Below are positions 50,879-63,145 of a stretch of DNA of 64,000 nt, one piece after another. Position 1 is the stretch's first letter. Each line of letters begins with the position of its first letter. The notes beneath the pieces are model-generated. The model saw only the letters and a program-made list of their open reading frames with translations. It was not told where the DNA came from and made no database searches. Both the position numbers and the translations under genes were made by a program. Origin of the DNA: Takakia lepidozioides (Eukaryota; Plantae; Bryophyta); assembly GCA_030704615.1 (NCBI GenBank), contig CM060734.1, forward strand, positions 124,001 through 188,000, written 5' to 3'.

Positions 50879-51049
50879 GCCTCAAATAGCATGTTAAGCC
50901 AAGATTAGCATGAGATTTAGGGTACGTATCCAGGAAGCCATGTGTCGCCAGCCCGAATGAAAACCGACGGCGGTGGACATTTATTGCCCAACTGCGCAAT
51001 TAAATGTCGGATGAAGCCCTCCATGTCGGATGAAAATCGACGGAACTCG

Positions 51050-51760
51050 GCCCGGAATTTCCAACGTAGAGGTAATTCGGAGCGCAGCAGGATGGAAATT
51101 CAGCGCCGAATTTCCATCCTGCAAGGTAGGGCGGCGCGCGAAATTTCCCTCACGCAGGTAATTCGGAAGCGGATGGATGCAAATCCGGCGCCGGATTTCC
51201 ATCCGCGCAGGTAGGGCGGCGCGCCAAATTTCCCTGAAGCAGGTAATTCAGAAGCGGATGGATGGAAATCCGGCGCCGGATTTCCATCCGCGCAGGTAGG
51301 GCGGCGCGCGAAATTTCCCTCAAGCAGGTAATTCGGAGGCGGATGGATGGAAATCCGGCGCCGGATTTCCATCCGCAAGGTTGGGTGGAGAGCGGATGGA
51401 TGGAGATCCGGCGCCGAATTTCCATCCAGCAGGTAAGTGGAGTCCCGGATGGATGGAAATCCGGCGCCGAATTTCCATCCTGCAGGTAAGTGGAGTCCCG
51501 GATGGATGGAAATTCGGCGCCGGATTTCCATCCAGCAGGTAATTCGAATCCCAGATGGATGGAAATCCGGCGCCGAATTACCTGCGTGAGGGAAATTTGG
51601 CGTGCCGCCCTACCTACGCGGATGGAAATCCGGCGCCGAATTTCCATCCAGCAGGTAAGTCGGATCGCTGGCGTATGGATATTCGGCGCCGAATTTCCAT
51701 TCGCCAGGAATTTCGAAACGCGGAATTACCTTCCTGCAGGTAATTCTGAGCGTGTCCGAT
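51050..51760. repeat. Tandem array of ggatggaaat(t/c)cggcgcc(g/a)atttccatcc palindromes
   Basis: About ten palindromic cores separated by gcaggta-containing spacers. Confidence 0.95.
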
Positions 51761-51819
51761 TGATTTTTCGGATTTTTCTTGGAATCCTTCACTGCTAGAG
51801 GCTAATCGGAACAGCCTCG

Positions 51820-53090
51820 GACGGAAATTCGGCGCCGTTTTTCCATTCTGGGAGGTTTTTACGACTTCCTTTGAGGGGGCCCCGATGGAAATTCGGCGCC
51901 GAATTTCCATCCGGGGGATGGTCTCTGTCGGAGAGGTGCCGGCCTCTCCGCCGCTCTGTTGGATATTCGGTGCCGAATTTCCGTCCGGGGGTTGAAATAT
52001 GACGGCCAGGTGCCGGCCTCTCCCCCCTCCCCGACTGCATTGGAACGGCCCCGGATGGAAATTCGGCGCCGTTTTTCCATCTGGGGAGGTTTTTACGACT
52101 TCCTTTGAGGGGGCCTCGATGGAAATTCGGCGCCGAATTTCCATCCGGGGGATGATCTCTGTCGGAGAGGTGCCGGCCTCTCCCTCGTTCTGTTGGATAT
52201 TCGGTGCCGAATTTCCGTCCGGGGGTTGAAATATGACGGCCAGGTGCCGGCCTCTCCCCCCTCCCCGACTGCATTGGAACGGCCCCGGATTGAAATTCGG
52301 CGCCGTTTTTCCATCTGGGGAGGTTTTTATGTCGACCAGTTTTCGGTCTGACCCCCCGACAGGACTTCCTTTGGGGGGGGCCGGATGGAAATTCGGCGCC
52401 GAATCTCCATCCAGGGGATGTTCTCTGTCGCACACGCGCCGGCCTCTGCGCCCGAGGCGACTTCATCCGGGCGTCCCCTGTTGGATATTCGGTGCCGAAT
52501 TTCCGTCCGGGGGTTGAAATGTGACGGCCACGTGCCGGCCTCTCCCCCCTCCCCGACTGCATCCGAACCGCCCCGGATGGAAATTCGGCGCCGTTTTTCC
52601 ATCTGGGGATGTTTTTATGCCGGCCAGTTTTCGGTCTGACCCCCCGACACGACGTCCTTTGGGGGGGCCCGGATGGAAATTCGGCGCCGAATCTGCATCC
52701 AGGGGATGTTCTCTGTCACACACGCGCCGGCCTCTACGCCCGAGGCGACTTCATCCGGGCTTCCCCTGTTGTATATTCGGTGCCAAATTTCCATCCGGGG
52801 GTTGTAATGTGAGGGCCAAATGGCGGCCTTTCCCCCGAGCCGACTGCATCCGAAAGGCCTCGGATGGAAATTCGGCGCCGTTTTTCCATCCGCGTAGGTT
52901 TTATGTCGGCCAGTTTTCGGCCTGACCCCCGACAGGACTTCCTTTGGGGGGATCCGAATGGAAATTCGGCGCTGAATTTCCGTCCGGGGGATGTTCTCTG
53001 TCGGACAGGTGCCGGCATCTCTACCCCAGACGACTTCATCCGTGCGGCCCCTGTTGGATATTGGGTGCCGAATTTCCATTCGGGGGTAGT
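51820..53090. repeat. Higher-order tandem array (units of 234, 234, 288 and 287 bp), each with three GG(C/T)GCC-centred cores
   Basis: ggaaattcggcgccgtttttccat at 51823, 52057, 52291, 52579 and 52866. Confidence 0.95.
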
Positions 53091-53383
53091 AATGTGACGA
53101 CACAACACCGGCTTCTCCCCTTCAGCCGTCATCATCCGGACGGCCCCCCACTTTCTGACTGCATACTGTTGGCAGTTATTGCGCAAAGACCAGGGGCCGC
53201 ATTCCGGAGACAAGGTTCATTAACACTCTGACTGTGGATTTTTGAGATAGTTGGCTCCCTGGTTTTGGATTAGGCTTCGTCGCTCGGACAAATCGGCACC
53301 GCATTCCTTCCCATCGCTGCATCCCCCTTCTACCAGGGAGCTTCCCCGCACGCCATCCTGGCAGTCTTGTGTGCACATCTCCC

Positions 53384-56300
53384 ATGGCGGAAAACCCGAG
53401 CGCTACAGTGTACTGCCCTCCTCACGAGCATAGAGCTTCATTTCCGTGCAGAGGGGACATCTGCCGGGTGATGGAGAAATATCTGTGCGTTCGATATCAC
53501 CTGAAACCGGGGTCGGTTTTTTTGGAGGAGGAAATGAAGGACTCAAACGGCCTTGTTGTCGAGAGTATTGTTGTGCTCCACGATGATTTCGGCGATGGCA
53601 GGGAATGGCGAGTTCCACCATCGGACAGCGTCATATACAGGGCTGTTGGGGACTTCATTTGCCCGCCAAATGCACCTTCTATCCTGGCGCCTTCCACGAA
53701 ACAATCCGCGAATCAGAGAGTGGCTACCTCAAAGAGAGAAGTCCGCAACGAAGTAAATCCAGAGCCGAACCCATCCATGAAGACGAGTGATAACCGGGTT
53801 GTTGACAACCTGTCCGACTCAGACGAGGTCATGGAAGTTCCGAGGTCGTCCTGGAGATCAGGCAAGTCCTCAATGGACGTCAGTGGAGGAGGGAGTCATA
53901 TTCCCAGCACGAGCACCGCAGTTTGATCTATTCTTGAAATTCTGCGAGGGCTTCACCTGGAGGGACACCGGTCGGAGCTGGCCGGGCTGGACTACAGCAA
54001 GTTCGCAATTAAATCGGTTACATGCCTTCCCGCCGACGTCGACGGTAATATCTTCTTTGAGTTCCCTCCTCGGGCGGACTGCTCGAGGGCGTCCGGAATA
54101 TTGACAGATATGGATAGAAAACATGACGGTCATCCTTGGTGCGTTACCAAAACCACCAGCATGAAGATGCTTGATGGTGTGCGGGTGCGCTACGTTGTTT
54201 GTGTGGGCGCGTTGCGGTGTTTCTCCCCAACTTGCTTCCACTTTAAATCCAGAGGTCACAGGAACGAGACCGATTGGACAGGCACAACTCATCAACCATT
54301 TCGAGCTCAGGAGAAGGTTCCGAACTCCACATTTAAGTGTGCGCATTGCAAATAACCACCACACTGCATGTCTGTTTGTAATGCCAAGCAGTTCTATGTG
54401 TTGCACCATTTCCCTGACCTCACCCGCGAGGGGGAACTCGTGGGAGGCTGCCCACGAGGCAGAGCAGCTCGTTCAGGAGGAGGTTAAGTTGAGACCGGGT
54501 GCCAAACCCAAACAGATACAGCTCCAAGCCGCCCATAAGATGGCATTGGCCAGAATTATGTCGGAAGACGGCTCCGATAGAGTTCCTCTCGATGAGAAGG
54601 AAATGGAGGCATTGCTGGAGTCGGTGTCCCACGTATGTTCACCGAATGTCCGAAACCACATTGTCTCATGCAAACAGAAAATTGGGCGTGGCTCAGATAT
54701 GCACTCTATTCTGGAGGTGAAGCGACGATGTGGATATGACTACATTCATGGAAGTAGGTTTCCAGGACAAGGGACTGAGGCAGATCGTTGTTTCGTATTC
54801 AAAATGTCCACGTGTGGACCTGGCAGCGGCGTCGAACTGGTCGACAGGATGACGAGTGGGGACTTGTCAAACAGTTGGGTCATGTTCGACCATATCAAGC
54901 GAATTACAAATCACCAGTGGGTGACAATGGGTGCACATGTCTACGACACCCATTGCAGGATGCTAATGACAATTGCTATTTGTGAGATGAAAGGAGAGGA
55001 CACACAATCGGAGATGCTTCTTTGGCAGGGAATAAACGAACAGATGGCCAAGGCGGGATTGCCCCCTCCCAATTTCCGTGGTTTCATGGCGGCAACGCAC
55101 AAGCAAATTGGGCTGCCATCCGAAGGGTGTACGGGCAAGACCCCAATGTTCCCATGGAAGGCAATGAGAGATCTTGTGGGTTCCATTTTCTGCAGAGCCT
55201 TTCACAGTACACAACCAGGCTCGTGGCGCCAGATTTCAGAGAGGAGCACCGTTCCATGTGCCTTGCGTGGAAGCGCGCTCCCACCTTGGATGATGCAGAG
55301 ACACAGTTTGCATGTATACGGGCTTGGTGGACATCGTCAGGTGCTGTAAGGAAATCAGACGAGGGAGCAATGGTCAGTTGGCTAACATGGTGGCATCGTT
55401 TCCTCCAGTTCGGCGACTATATGCGGGAGGTGAGTTGCACGAATTCGCGTCCCGTTGAATATTATTCTTGGCCATATTTGTAACTTGCTTGTAACCTCAA
55501 CATGTGCTTGTGCAGGAAATGTGTCTTGACTCCGACACCGACATGCCCACGACAAACATGGCCGAATCAGTACACTCTTCCTAGCGTGCCTCCTCTGCGG
55601 CACATCTGGTGGACATCCTCACTGTCACAACGGAGGACATTGTGAGGTCAATTATGCAGCAATGCAGGTACAACGAGTTCTTGAAAGGGAAACGGTGGGG
55701 CTTGGGGCCGGACAGGCAGGAAATGCTGATGCGGACTGCCTCTAGATCGAAGAATCCTCGGAAGTGGGCAGCGGCCTTGCGAGAGGGCCTTCGGGACACG
55801 CCATTGCTGCGAAGAGGCCAACATTTGGAAGGAGATGTTCATACCCGTCCAGTGAGACGAAGACTTGACGAGGCACCTGGCGGAGAAGAGGATTCATGGC
55901 GGGCTGACAAGAATATTCACACGCTCCCTCGTGGTCCCGTGATGTTACCCGAGGAGGTCTTGTCGAGCACCGCAAGTCCTGCACGTTCAAGATCGCCATC
56001 TCCTTTGAGCACAGGGCGCGTGCCCCGGCAACATAACGAGCCATCTGTAGTAAAGCAGTACAACATTCCCATTGTGGAGACAAGAGTGTCGGAGTCACAG
56101 TGGAGAATTGCGAGGACATTGCCGGCATTTGGAGGGAAGTGCTGCGCCATCCGGGTGGATACGAGAGCACGCTGTGGTGAGATGATTCGGAGGAACCCAC
56201 ACGGTGTTGTACCTGCACCTTGTAAGATTTTTGACTCCCACATTTGCTCACGCCACAACGCAGACATTTTGGTTCTATAGGCACGACATAATGACCTGTG

Positions 56301-56906
56301 TATTTGGCAAGCCCAAGTACGGGATTCAGGGAATGCCGGAGCCTCCGGGCGTCTGGCCTGTTGCACCGGGTTGCAGCCTCTCTCAGAATGAGGCGGATGC
56401 TCTATCTGCAGCAGGATTTTGACCCGGCCCACGCATTTCCGGTTCCTCAGACCCAGCCATTGCAGACTGCTCGGTCCAGTAGAGACGGATTGGACAATTC
56501 TGCACATCCCACAATGCGATTCGGAAGAGTGAAGAGACGACACCCTCCCAACAAGTTGAATGAGACTCGGATTGCCAATGCTCTTGGGATGGCTTGCACT
56601 ATTTAGAGCTCCGTGGACGTACCCCCACCCGGCCTTGGGCGTGTGTATCGGATGGCAACGGCCGGCTCGGCTGTACGCGACGATGTATACACAATTACGA
56701 TTGGAGTGGAGCCGACTTGCAATTGTACAGACTTCTCGTTGATGGAAGCAAAGAAGGGTTCGAAGTATTATCCGTGCAAGCATCTGTATTACATTTACCT
56801 GAAGAGGTTGAGGATGAACGTAACTATTGATGACTTTATTCATGCACCGGCATTGAGCGTGAACGAGCTGCACAAACTCCTCCTTAGGGATTCCAGAAAT
56901 CATTGA
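53384..56906 (+). pseudogene. Mutator-like (MULE) DDE transposase with a Cys-rich GCM-like N-terminal region and a C-terminal SWIM finger; intron 55430-55515
   Basis: CVGALRCFSPTC...CAHCK..C; VMFDH (54888); FMA(D)NAQA (~55092, frameshift); CGFH; PTTNMAESVH (E at 55564); PTCNCTDF...CKHLYYI (SWIM). The intron has a GTGAGT donor and tgcAG acceptor. Confidence 0.82.
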
Positions 56907-57059
56907 TGGGGCAAAGGGAATCCTCCATATGGATCTTTTCAATTGCATTTTGCTGTATCAGACTTTTTTTTGCAGTGTAATGAAATGCACCCCAAAACTC
57001 CTGGAATGAGGCAATATTCCATTCAAACTGAGATCCAACAGAAGCAGTTGTGGGGCCAT

Positions 57060-57790
57060 TTATGGAAAAATGGCGCCGAATTTCTCTTTTTGGGGCCGAA
57101 AACTGGCTAATTCCCAACATGCACTGGTACCTGTGTCTGGGAAAATGGTGTCGAATTTCTCTTTTTTGGGCCGAAAACTGGCTAAGTCCCAACATGCACT
57201 GGTACCGTGTCTGGAAAAATGGCGCCGAATGTCTCTTTTTGGGGCCGAAAACTGGCTAAGTCCCAACATGCACTGGTACCTGTGTCTGGGAAAATGGCGT
57301 CGAATTTCTCTTTTTTGGGCCGAAAACTGGCTAAGTCCCAACATGCACTGGTACCGTGTCTGGAAAAATGGCGCCGAATGTCTCTTTTTGGGGCCGAAAA
57401 CTGGCTAAGTCCCAACATGCACTGGTACCTGTGTCTGGGAAAATGGCGTCGAATTTCTCTTTTTTGGGCCGAAAACTGGCTAAGTCCCAACATGCACTGG
57501 TACCGTGTCTGGAAAAATGGCGCCGAATTTCTCTTTTTGGGCCGAAAACTGGCTAAGTCCCAACATGCACTTTGTACAGTGTCTGGAAAAATGGCGCCGA
57601 ATTTCCCTATTTTGCGCCGAAAACTGGCTAAGTCCGAACATGCACTGGAAAAATGGCGCAGAATTACCTGTCATGAGGGGACCTATAGCCGCGGAATTCG
57701 GCACCATTTTTCGCCAGAGAGACCTATTACCGCGAAATACGTCGCCATTTTTTCAGGTTACGGACCCTATTACCGCGAAATTCGGCGCCA
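57060..57790. repeat. 74/75-bp (149-bp dimer) tandem array with aaaatggcgccgaattt and ggctaagtccc
   Basis: About eight units; both motifs are shared with the 95-bp array at 39 kb. Confidence 0.95.
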
Positions 57791-58129
57791 TATTTGCACA
57801 TGTCGCTGGGAATTGGCATGAGCGGAAGACGAAATATCATGAGCACAACTGTCAAAACTGCAATTTTCCCTTCAAGGGGCCGAATAATATATTTGTTTTT
57901 CCTGACACATTGCATTAAATTATTGTTTTTTATTGTTTTTTATTTTCGAAATTTGTACTTCTGCTCATGAAAACCGATTGTCTTACTACTCCGCTCATGC
58001 CGCTCATGCCGCTCATGCTCATGAAATAGCAAACCTCAATTTACTTGTATTAATGATTCAGTTTATAGCTTTGGATTTGTCGTGGTTCCCTTCACCTTTG
58101 TTGACGTCTTTGCTGTTTTTCTTTACAGA

Positions 58130-58407
58130 TGCAAGAGACAGTATATCTTTTGAACCCTCATGACAAGTGCATAAAGGCGTCCGCAGTGAGGGCTGAAGTG
58201 GTTGGGCTACCTAGCAGGGACAAGTACCATGGCAAGGACATACGCCCAGGCTGGTATAAGGTGAAAGTCTTTGAATGCACCCATCCGAATGTTGTCCTGC
58301 ATTCTCCCAATAGGAATGATGATCCCCCTCAGACTAGACTTGAGCACATACTAGGCAGTTACACTTTGTGGCCAACAAAGAGTCTGAGGAACGCTGACAT
58401 TCACTAA
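58130..58407 (+). CDS. Exon encoding a TNP1/En/Spm-like (CACTA TnpA-type C-terminal) domain
   Basis: YHGKDIRPGWYKVKV...VVLHSPNRNDDPPQTRL...GSYTLWP, preceded by a pyrimidine-rich tttacAG acceptor. Confidence 0.6.
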
Positions 58408-59227
58408 GTATAGTGATGCAAAGTTGTAGCAAATCCATATGAACCACCCATTGTTTATTATCAAAGGATGCTTTGAGGTAAAGATTTGGTAGATAGTTCC
58501 CTAGGCCGTTTTGTCTTTCATGTACTACATGTGATCTTCATTGTTCATGGTTGGTAGGGTAGGATGTAGCATTGTCCAACATGCTTGACATTCTACCTGA
58601 TTAGGCAATTTAGGTGTGTTATCATGTTATGCATTGTTGGATTAAAAAGCATGGTATAACAAGAACAAGAATATAACTCTCATATTTCATTACGAGTCCC
58701 TATTCTGACAGGGAGAACACTTTTGTAATAGCAGCAAACCAGTGCAATAAACATTCCATAGTTACATATGCAACCTGAACAAACATAATTTCCAATCATA
58801 TATCCAACTGGTAAAAGATGGCTTGAGTGGTTCTTGGAGTTATATCTAGTACTCACGATAGCACGTCGCAAGTCACAAGGCCGACTTGTCAATACACTTC
58901 CTCACTGGCTATTCATCTACAACAACTCAGTTATTGTTTGGTGCTCCAGTGCCAGTGTGGCACGTGGCTATCCATAACAATGTATGGATGCCACGTGCGA
59001 TCTCGAGGCTGTACCACGCGCGTGGCAGCAACATTAATGAGTTGGTAAAGTTGGTAACACCGGTCAAAAGTCAATAATACTACAGGTCAAAGTCAAAGTC
59101 AAATACTTCTGGAAGCTAGTGTTAGCGCCAGTTTCACAAACGATCACCACCTCATAAGACGTTCATCGCCATATACATAAATGCTGGAGGGGGGGTAATA
59201 ATATTGTGTCTCGAGGGGGCACATTAA

Positions 59228-60048
59228 CCCCTAAAAAACGAGAGTTTTTTTGCGATTTTTTTAGAAAACCCTGACATGGCCTGACTCGAGTGGATGTATG
59301 TTGCTGCCAAGTTCATCCACGTGGATGAACCGTACAATGTTGTCAGTAACTACATCATACATGTGGTCAAAAATTCTCAGGTCATTCCACCGCTAGAATG
59401 AGCAGATTATAATGTGGGAGTGACCCCCAATTTGTAGGATTTACAAAAACTCATGGAAAAACTAGGTTTGACCACCAATTTTCTTCATGTTCTAGTTTTG
59501 GGTTCCCCTCCAATTATTGACCAATTGATGCCTATCAAGTGCAGGACATTATGTCCAAATTTTAGCATGTAATGACATGTTTTCATTAGTGCCCCTTTGT
59601 ATGTAGCTGCTTAGGGGTACCTGTGGGTAAAATGAACAAGACTTCTACTTGGATGCAGCGAGTAGCATAATTTTTGCATGAAAAAAATTCCTATGATGAG
59701 TAGATGCCAGGTAGGAATACAAAGAGAATGCACCAATTCACAGTTGGAATTTCCAAGTTTGGCTCAAGGGATGTAGTATATAATGGCCCCAGGCGCTCAT
59801 TGGCCCACGTCACGTAGTCAACACGCTCAAAACTTGCACACCACATAAAATCTGCACTTTTCACACATGTAAAAATCCTAGGCGGCGTTGTAGTAATCCA
59901 AATGGCACGGGGTTTCGTGCATTCAATAGCTGACAATGTAAGCTACAAGTTTGCTTTGGGGTCCACCTCCATCAGATGCCATCCTGACCATATACACTAA
60001 GCGAAAAAAAGGACGCGACCCGAAACGGGTCGCATCGTCCTTCAGGGG
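59228..60048. mobile_element. piggyBac-like non-autonomous element with TTAA target duplication
   Basis: TTAA|CCCCTAAAAAACG ... CGTCCTTCAGGGG|TTAA (10/13 TIR match) and a subterminal hairpin gcgacccgaaacgggtcgc. Confidence 0.55.
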
Positions 60049-60649
60049 TTAAGGGAGCGCATACCAAGGATGTTCTTTCGCAGATTGTACCATAGCTGAC
60101 AATGATTTGTCAAAATCTGTACGCAATCCATTGAAATTGTAGGTACCATTTCTAAATTGCCTCCATCCACAGTGGGACTCATGGGAAGTTTAATTCTGTT
60201 GTTAACACATGAGTGATGAACTCCCAATCTGCATCAACGATGGAGCGAACAAACAAGCCATCCCACAACTTCTTGCTCAATCACCTACGTCATTGTCTAC
60301 GTTGACGCACATATTGAGGACGTTCTTGAGCGTACAGTACCAATTAAGCTGGCATTGATTTGTCAAAATATGTACGCAGTCCATTCAAAACCTCACTCAA
60401 CGAATCCTTTATGGCACCATCCCAGTTGGTCTTGAATTGCAGGTTCCTTTTTAAGATATAAACCTCACCCAACGAGTCCTCTATGGCACCATCTCGCACC
60501 AAGGCTAAAAATAATATGATACGATCCAAATTTCCACTTTGCATACTACCGCAAGTACATGAATAAATATTAATGAAAAGCTTCAGACATACAACAAAGA
60601 GATGACAACATTGAAGTGAGCTATTGAACAATTATAGTAAGTAACCAAA

Positions 60650-61140
60650 TGAGAGCGACCCCTGAAGTCGCTTTTTGATTTTCAATTTGAAAATAAAATT
60701 TATTCCTAACACTGTTGATGTCGTATGGGCCGCTTTGCGTCTGTAATATTTTGTAGAAACCTGTCGCTTTTTAAAAGAGACCCCTAGCTGGTAGGAGGTC
60801 GCTCGCTTCTAGCGGCCGTTTTGTTTTCAGCTTTGTTAAAAACCCTTCGTTCTTTTAAGGCGAATCCCATGCGATCGGCACTGTTCGACATTTTCCGGAT
60901 AATTGGACCAAACTTCTATCCCACAAGCAACCCCCACGGCGTCTTAGATTTTCTAATATTGTACTGAGGGTTTTAAGCGACCCTTAAACATGATTTCCTT
61001 AAAAAAGATGACAACAACCTTCCGGACGTCGCTAAAAAACCCACTGCAGGAGGGTCGCGCAAAAAAAAAAAACCCGAAAATCAGGAATCGCATTAAAAAA
61101 CTGTTAGCGACCTTTCAGAGGTCGCTGCAAGAAGCCACTT
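60650..61140. repeat. Degenerate agcgacc...ggtcgct palindrome cluster, probably a DNA-transposon subterminal relic
   Basis: agcgacccctgaagtcgct, agcgacctttcagaggtcgct and partial copies. Confidence 0.45.
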
Positions 61141-61612
61141 CATGCGGGTCATTGGTAAACAGCAACCCGAAATGACCATGCGACCCTTGGGCCCCTCCCA
61201 ATGACTTAAGTCAATTCTCGCTCTGGGGCCGGCTTGAGAATGGACGCCCAGGGGGCCGGTGGGTTTGCCGTGGGGCGCAAACGACATTGGCGATGCTCGC
61301 ACCCGCACACGGAGGGGCGCCAACGTTGTTAACCCCCCCGAATTGCAGTAGTGTAGATGAAAATTTTCGGGCCACATTACACTCCAATCTTCATTGATCC
61401 AAAGCATTGCCTTATGAAAAGGCAAGCGTCACCAAGGCTTGTGCATACTAAGTTCTAATACCTTACATACCTAACCACGTATTTATATGATTATTAGTTC
61501 ATATATAGCTTTGGGGCCGTGTCCACACATTCATCCTTAATCTGGCAGAGAAAGAACGGAATCACAACAATTTCATAATCCCTATTTCTCTTATTTTGGC
61601 ATATATATATAT

Positions 61613-63140
61613 GACGCCAACCGAAGCCAACGTAAATAACAGCCTCTTCCCCTTGCAGGTATTGCCTCCTTTCAGGGGTGGGCTCTATCCGCACCGTAAC
61701 CTATCATATAGTGGCTAGCTGGCCACTTTCAATCTTACGTTTATTGAGGATTAGGGTCGATGTGAGTGATGTAATAGCTATGAAGTGTAAGGCTCGTTGT
61801 AGAGATGCAGTGTATTTGGGTGGTAGGTTGGGATTATCTTTCAAACCTTGGATATTATGGGTATGAGCACCGCCTCTGACACCCGCAGTGATGACGGTCA
61901 GAGGTGTCGTGTTCCAGCCTTGCTGATGGAGGGCATGTATGATTAGGTCATATTTTCGTGTTTGTACATAATTGATTGATCTGGATTTAAATCATGGCAG
62001 AATGTGAATTCCAAAAAATGTATTTTGAGAGATGGAAGCGGTTTTGTCGGCGGCAATGCCAGTACAGGAAGTCCTTGGACTAGCAAAATATCTGGGCATA
62101 ACCTTGCCAAGCAAAGGCACGGGTGCCCTTGGGAGCATACACAAGGTAGTAGCCATGGGGGTATAGTGTGGTCCGGTGGGCGACCTTGGAACGTGCCTGC
62201 ATTGATGAGGTTAAACCATCTGGATTTCGGATGTGAAGTGAGAATTTTGTGGAGTTGTCTAACCCTTGGTTATGTCTAGTTACCCGCAACCCATGAATTA
62301 TGGGGTGGTTGCAGTAGAGAAGTAAGTGTGGCCATCTGTCTATTTGGGGATTTTGGGATGAACACAACATGCAGTGTTTATGAGGGTATAATAATGGTCA
62401 GAACAAGTTCCGTCGTTGATTGCCCATGCATTGACCATACCGAAATTTCAGTGTTTGTTTGATTTGTGCACCAGTAACCCTAGGGGATGTCCAAAATGAT
62501 TGGACATACTATGTAGCAGGTGCGGGGATGAGATCCACTTAGATATATAGGAATTTTTGTAGGTACGAGATTATTGTATAAGTAGTTTGGTCTCGCCCTT
62601 AATGTGTGTGTGCAGGTTCCGTATATGTGCTATGGTCGGGAATCTAGCCCTTGCTGATATGAGCGAGAACGGGTATTGTGCGACCGGTGGATTGGGCTGG
62701 TCGAGGGGTTCGTGATTGGCTGAATGGGACCAAGTTGGCAAGATGGTCTGCTATGTCATTACCTATTATGTCTGTGTGAGATCGAACTTTATGTATATGG
62801 ATTTACAGCGGTAAAGCGGATACAATATCGACGATTCCTTTTATAAGTGTAATATTAGGATGGTGGATTTGTGATGATGGCTTGCAGATTTGGTTGGTGA
62901 GAAGGTGTAGGGAGACCCGTAAATAAATAGTATGTGTAAGTAGGTTGGTGGGGGAGAGACTTGAGAGCATCATATATAGCCATAATCTCCGCTCGCAAGA
63001 TATTCTGGCGACCAGGGAGACGGCTATATATTTTGGTGTTGGTGCCAACCAAATATACACCATAACCCGCCTAGGCATCTTTTAAGGAGCCATCAGTATA
63101 TATGCAATTTTGTGGTGAGAATTTCAAGGTTGGCATAACA
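61613..63140 (-). mobile_element. 3' part of a second RNase H - CCHC - RLE non-LTR retrotransposon
   Basis: IYTDGS..AGYGVY..RLPGRQNILRAEIMAI..KVRSHTDIIGNDIAD; CMLC...WPHLLLYC...TRHN; LCPDILLV...LEFTFCHD...ITAGVRG. Confidence 0.85.
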
Positions 63141-63145
63141 CCAGT

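Noticed and set aside
51050-53090. Palindromic repeats with variable spacers resembling a CRISPR array
   Set aside because: The spacers are themselves repeated and related, there are no cas genes, and the context is a eukaryotic transposon.
51100-53213. Repetitive ORFs (MEIRRRISI..., WKFGAEFPS...) and similar ORFs at 57050-57918 and 3623-4024
   Set aside because: They are translations of tandem DNA repeats, open in several frames on both strands.
55917-56948. 343-aa minus-strand ORF
   Set aside because: It is the antisense shadow of the MULE transposase/SWIM region and has no motifs of its own.
60544-61353. Possible CACTA element (tactaccgcaagt ... aattgcagtagtg)
   Set aside because: The left end is not CACTA, the match is only 10/13, and there is no 3-bp TSD.
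61640-61690. Hammerhead-like core in the LINE 3' UTR
   Set aside because: The CUGANGA and GAAA cores are not canonical and are not conserved in the other copy.
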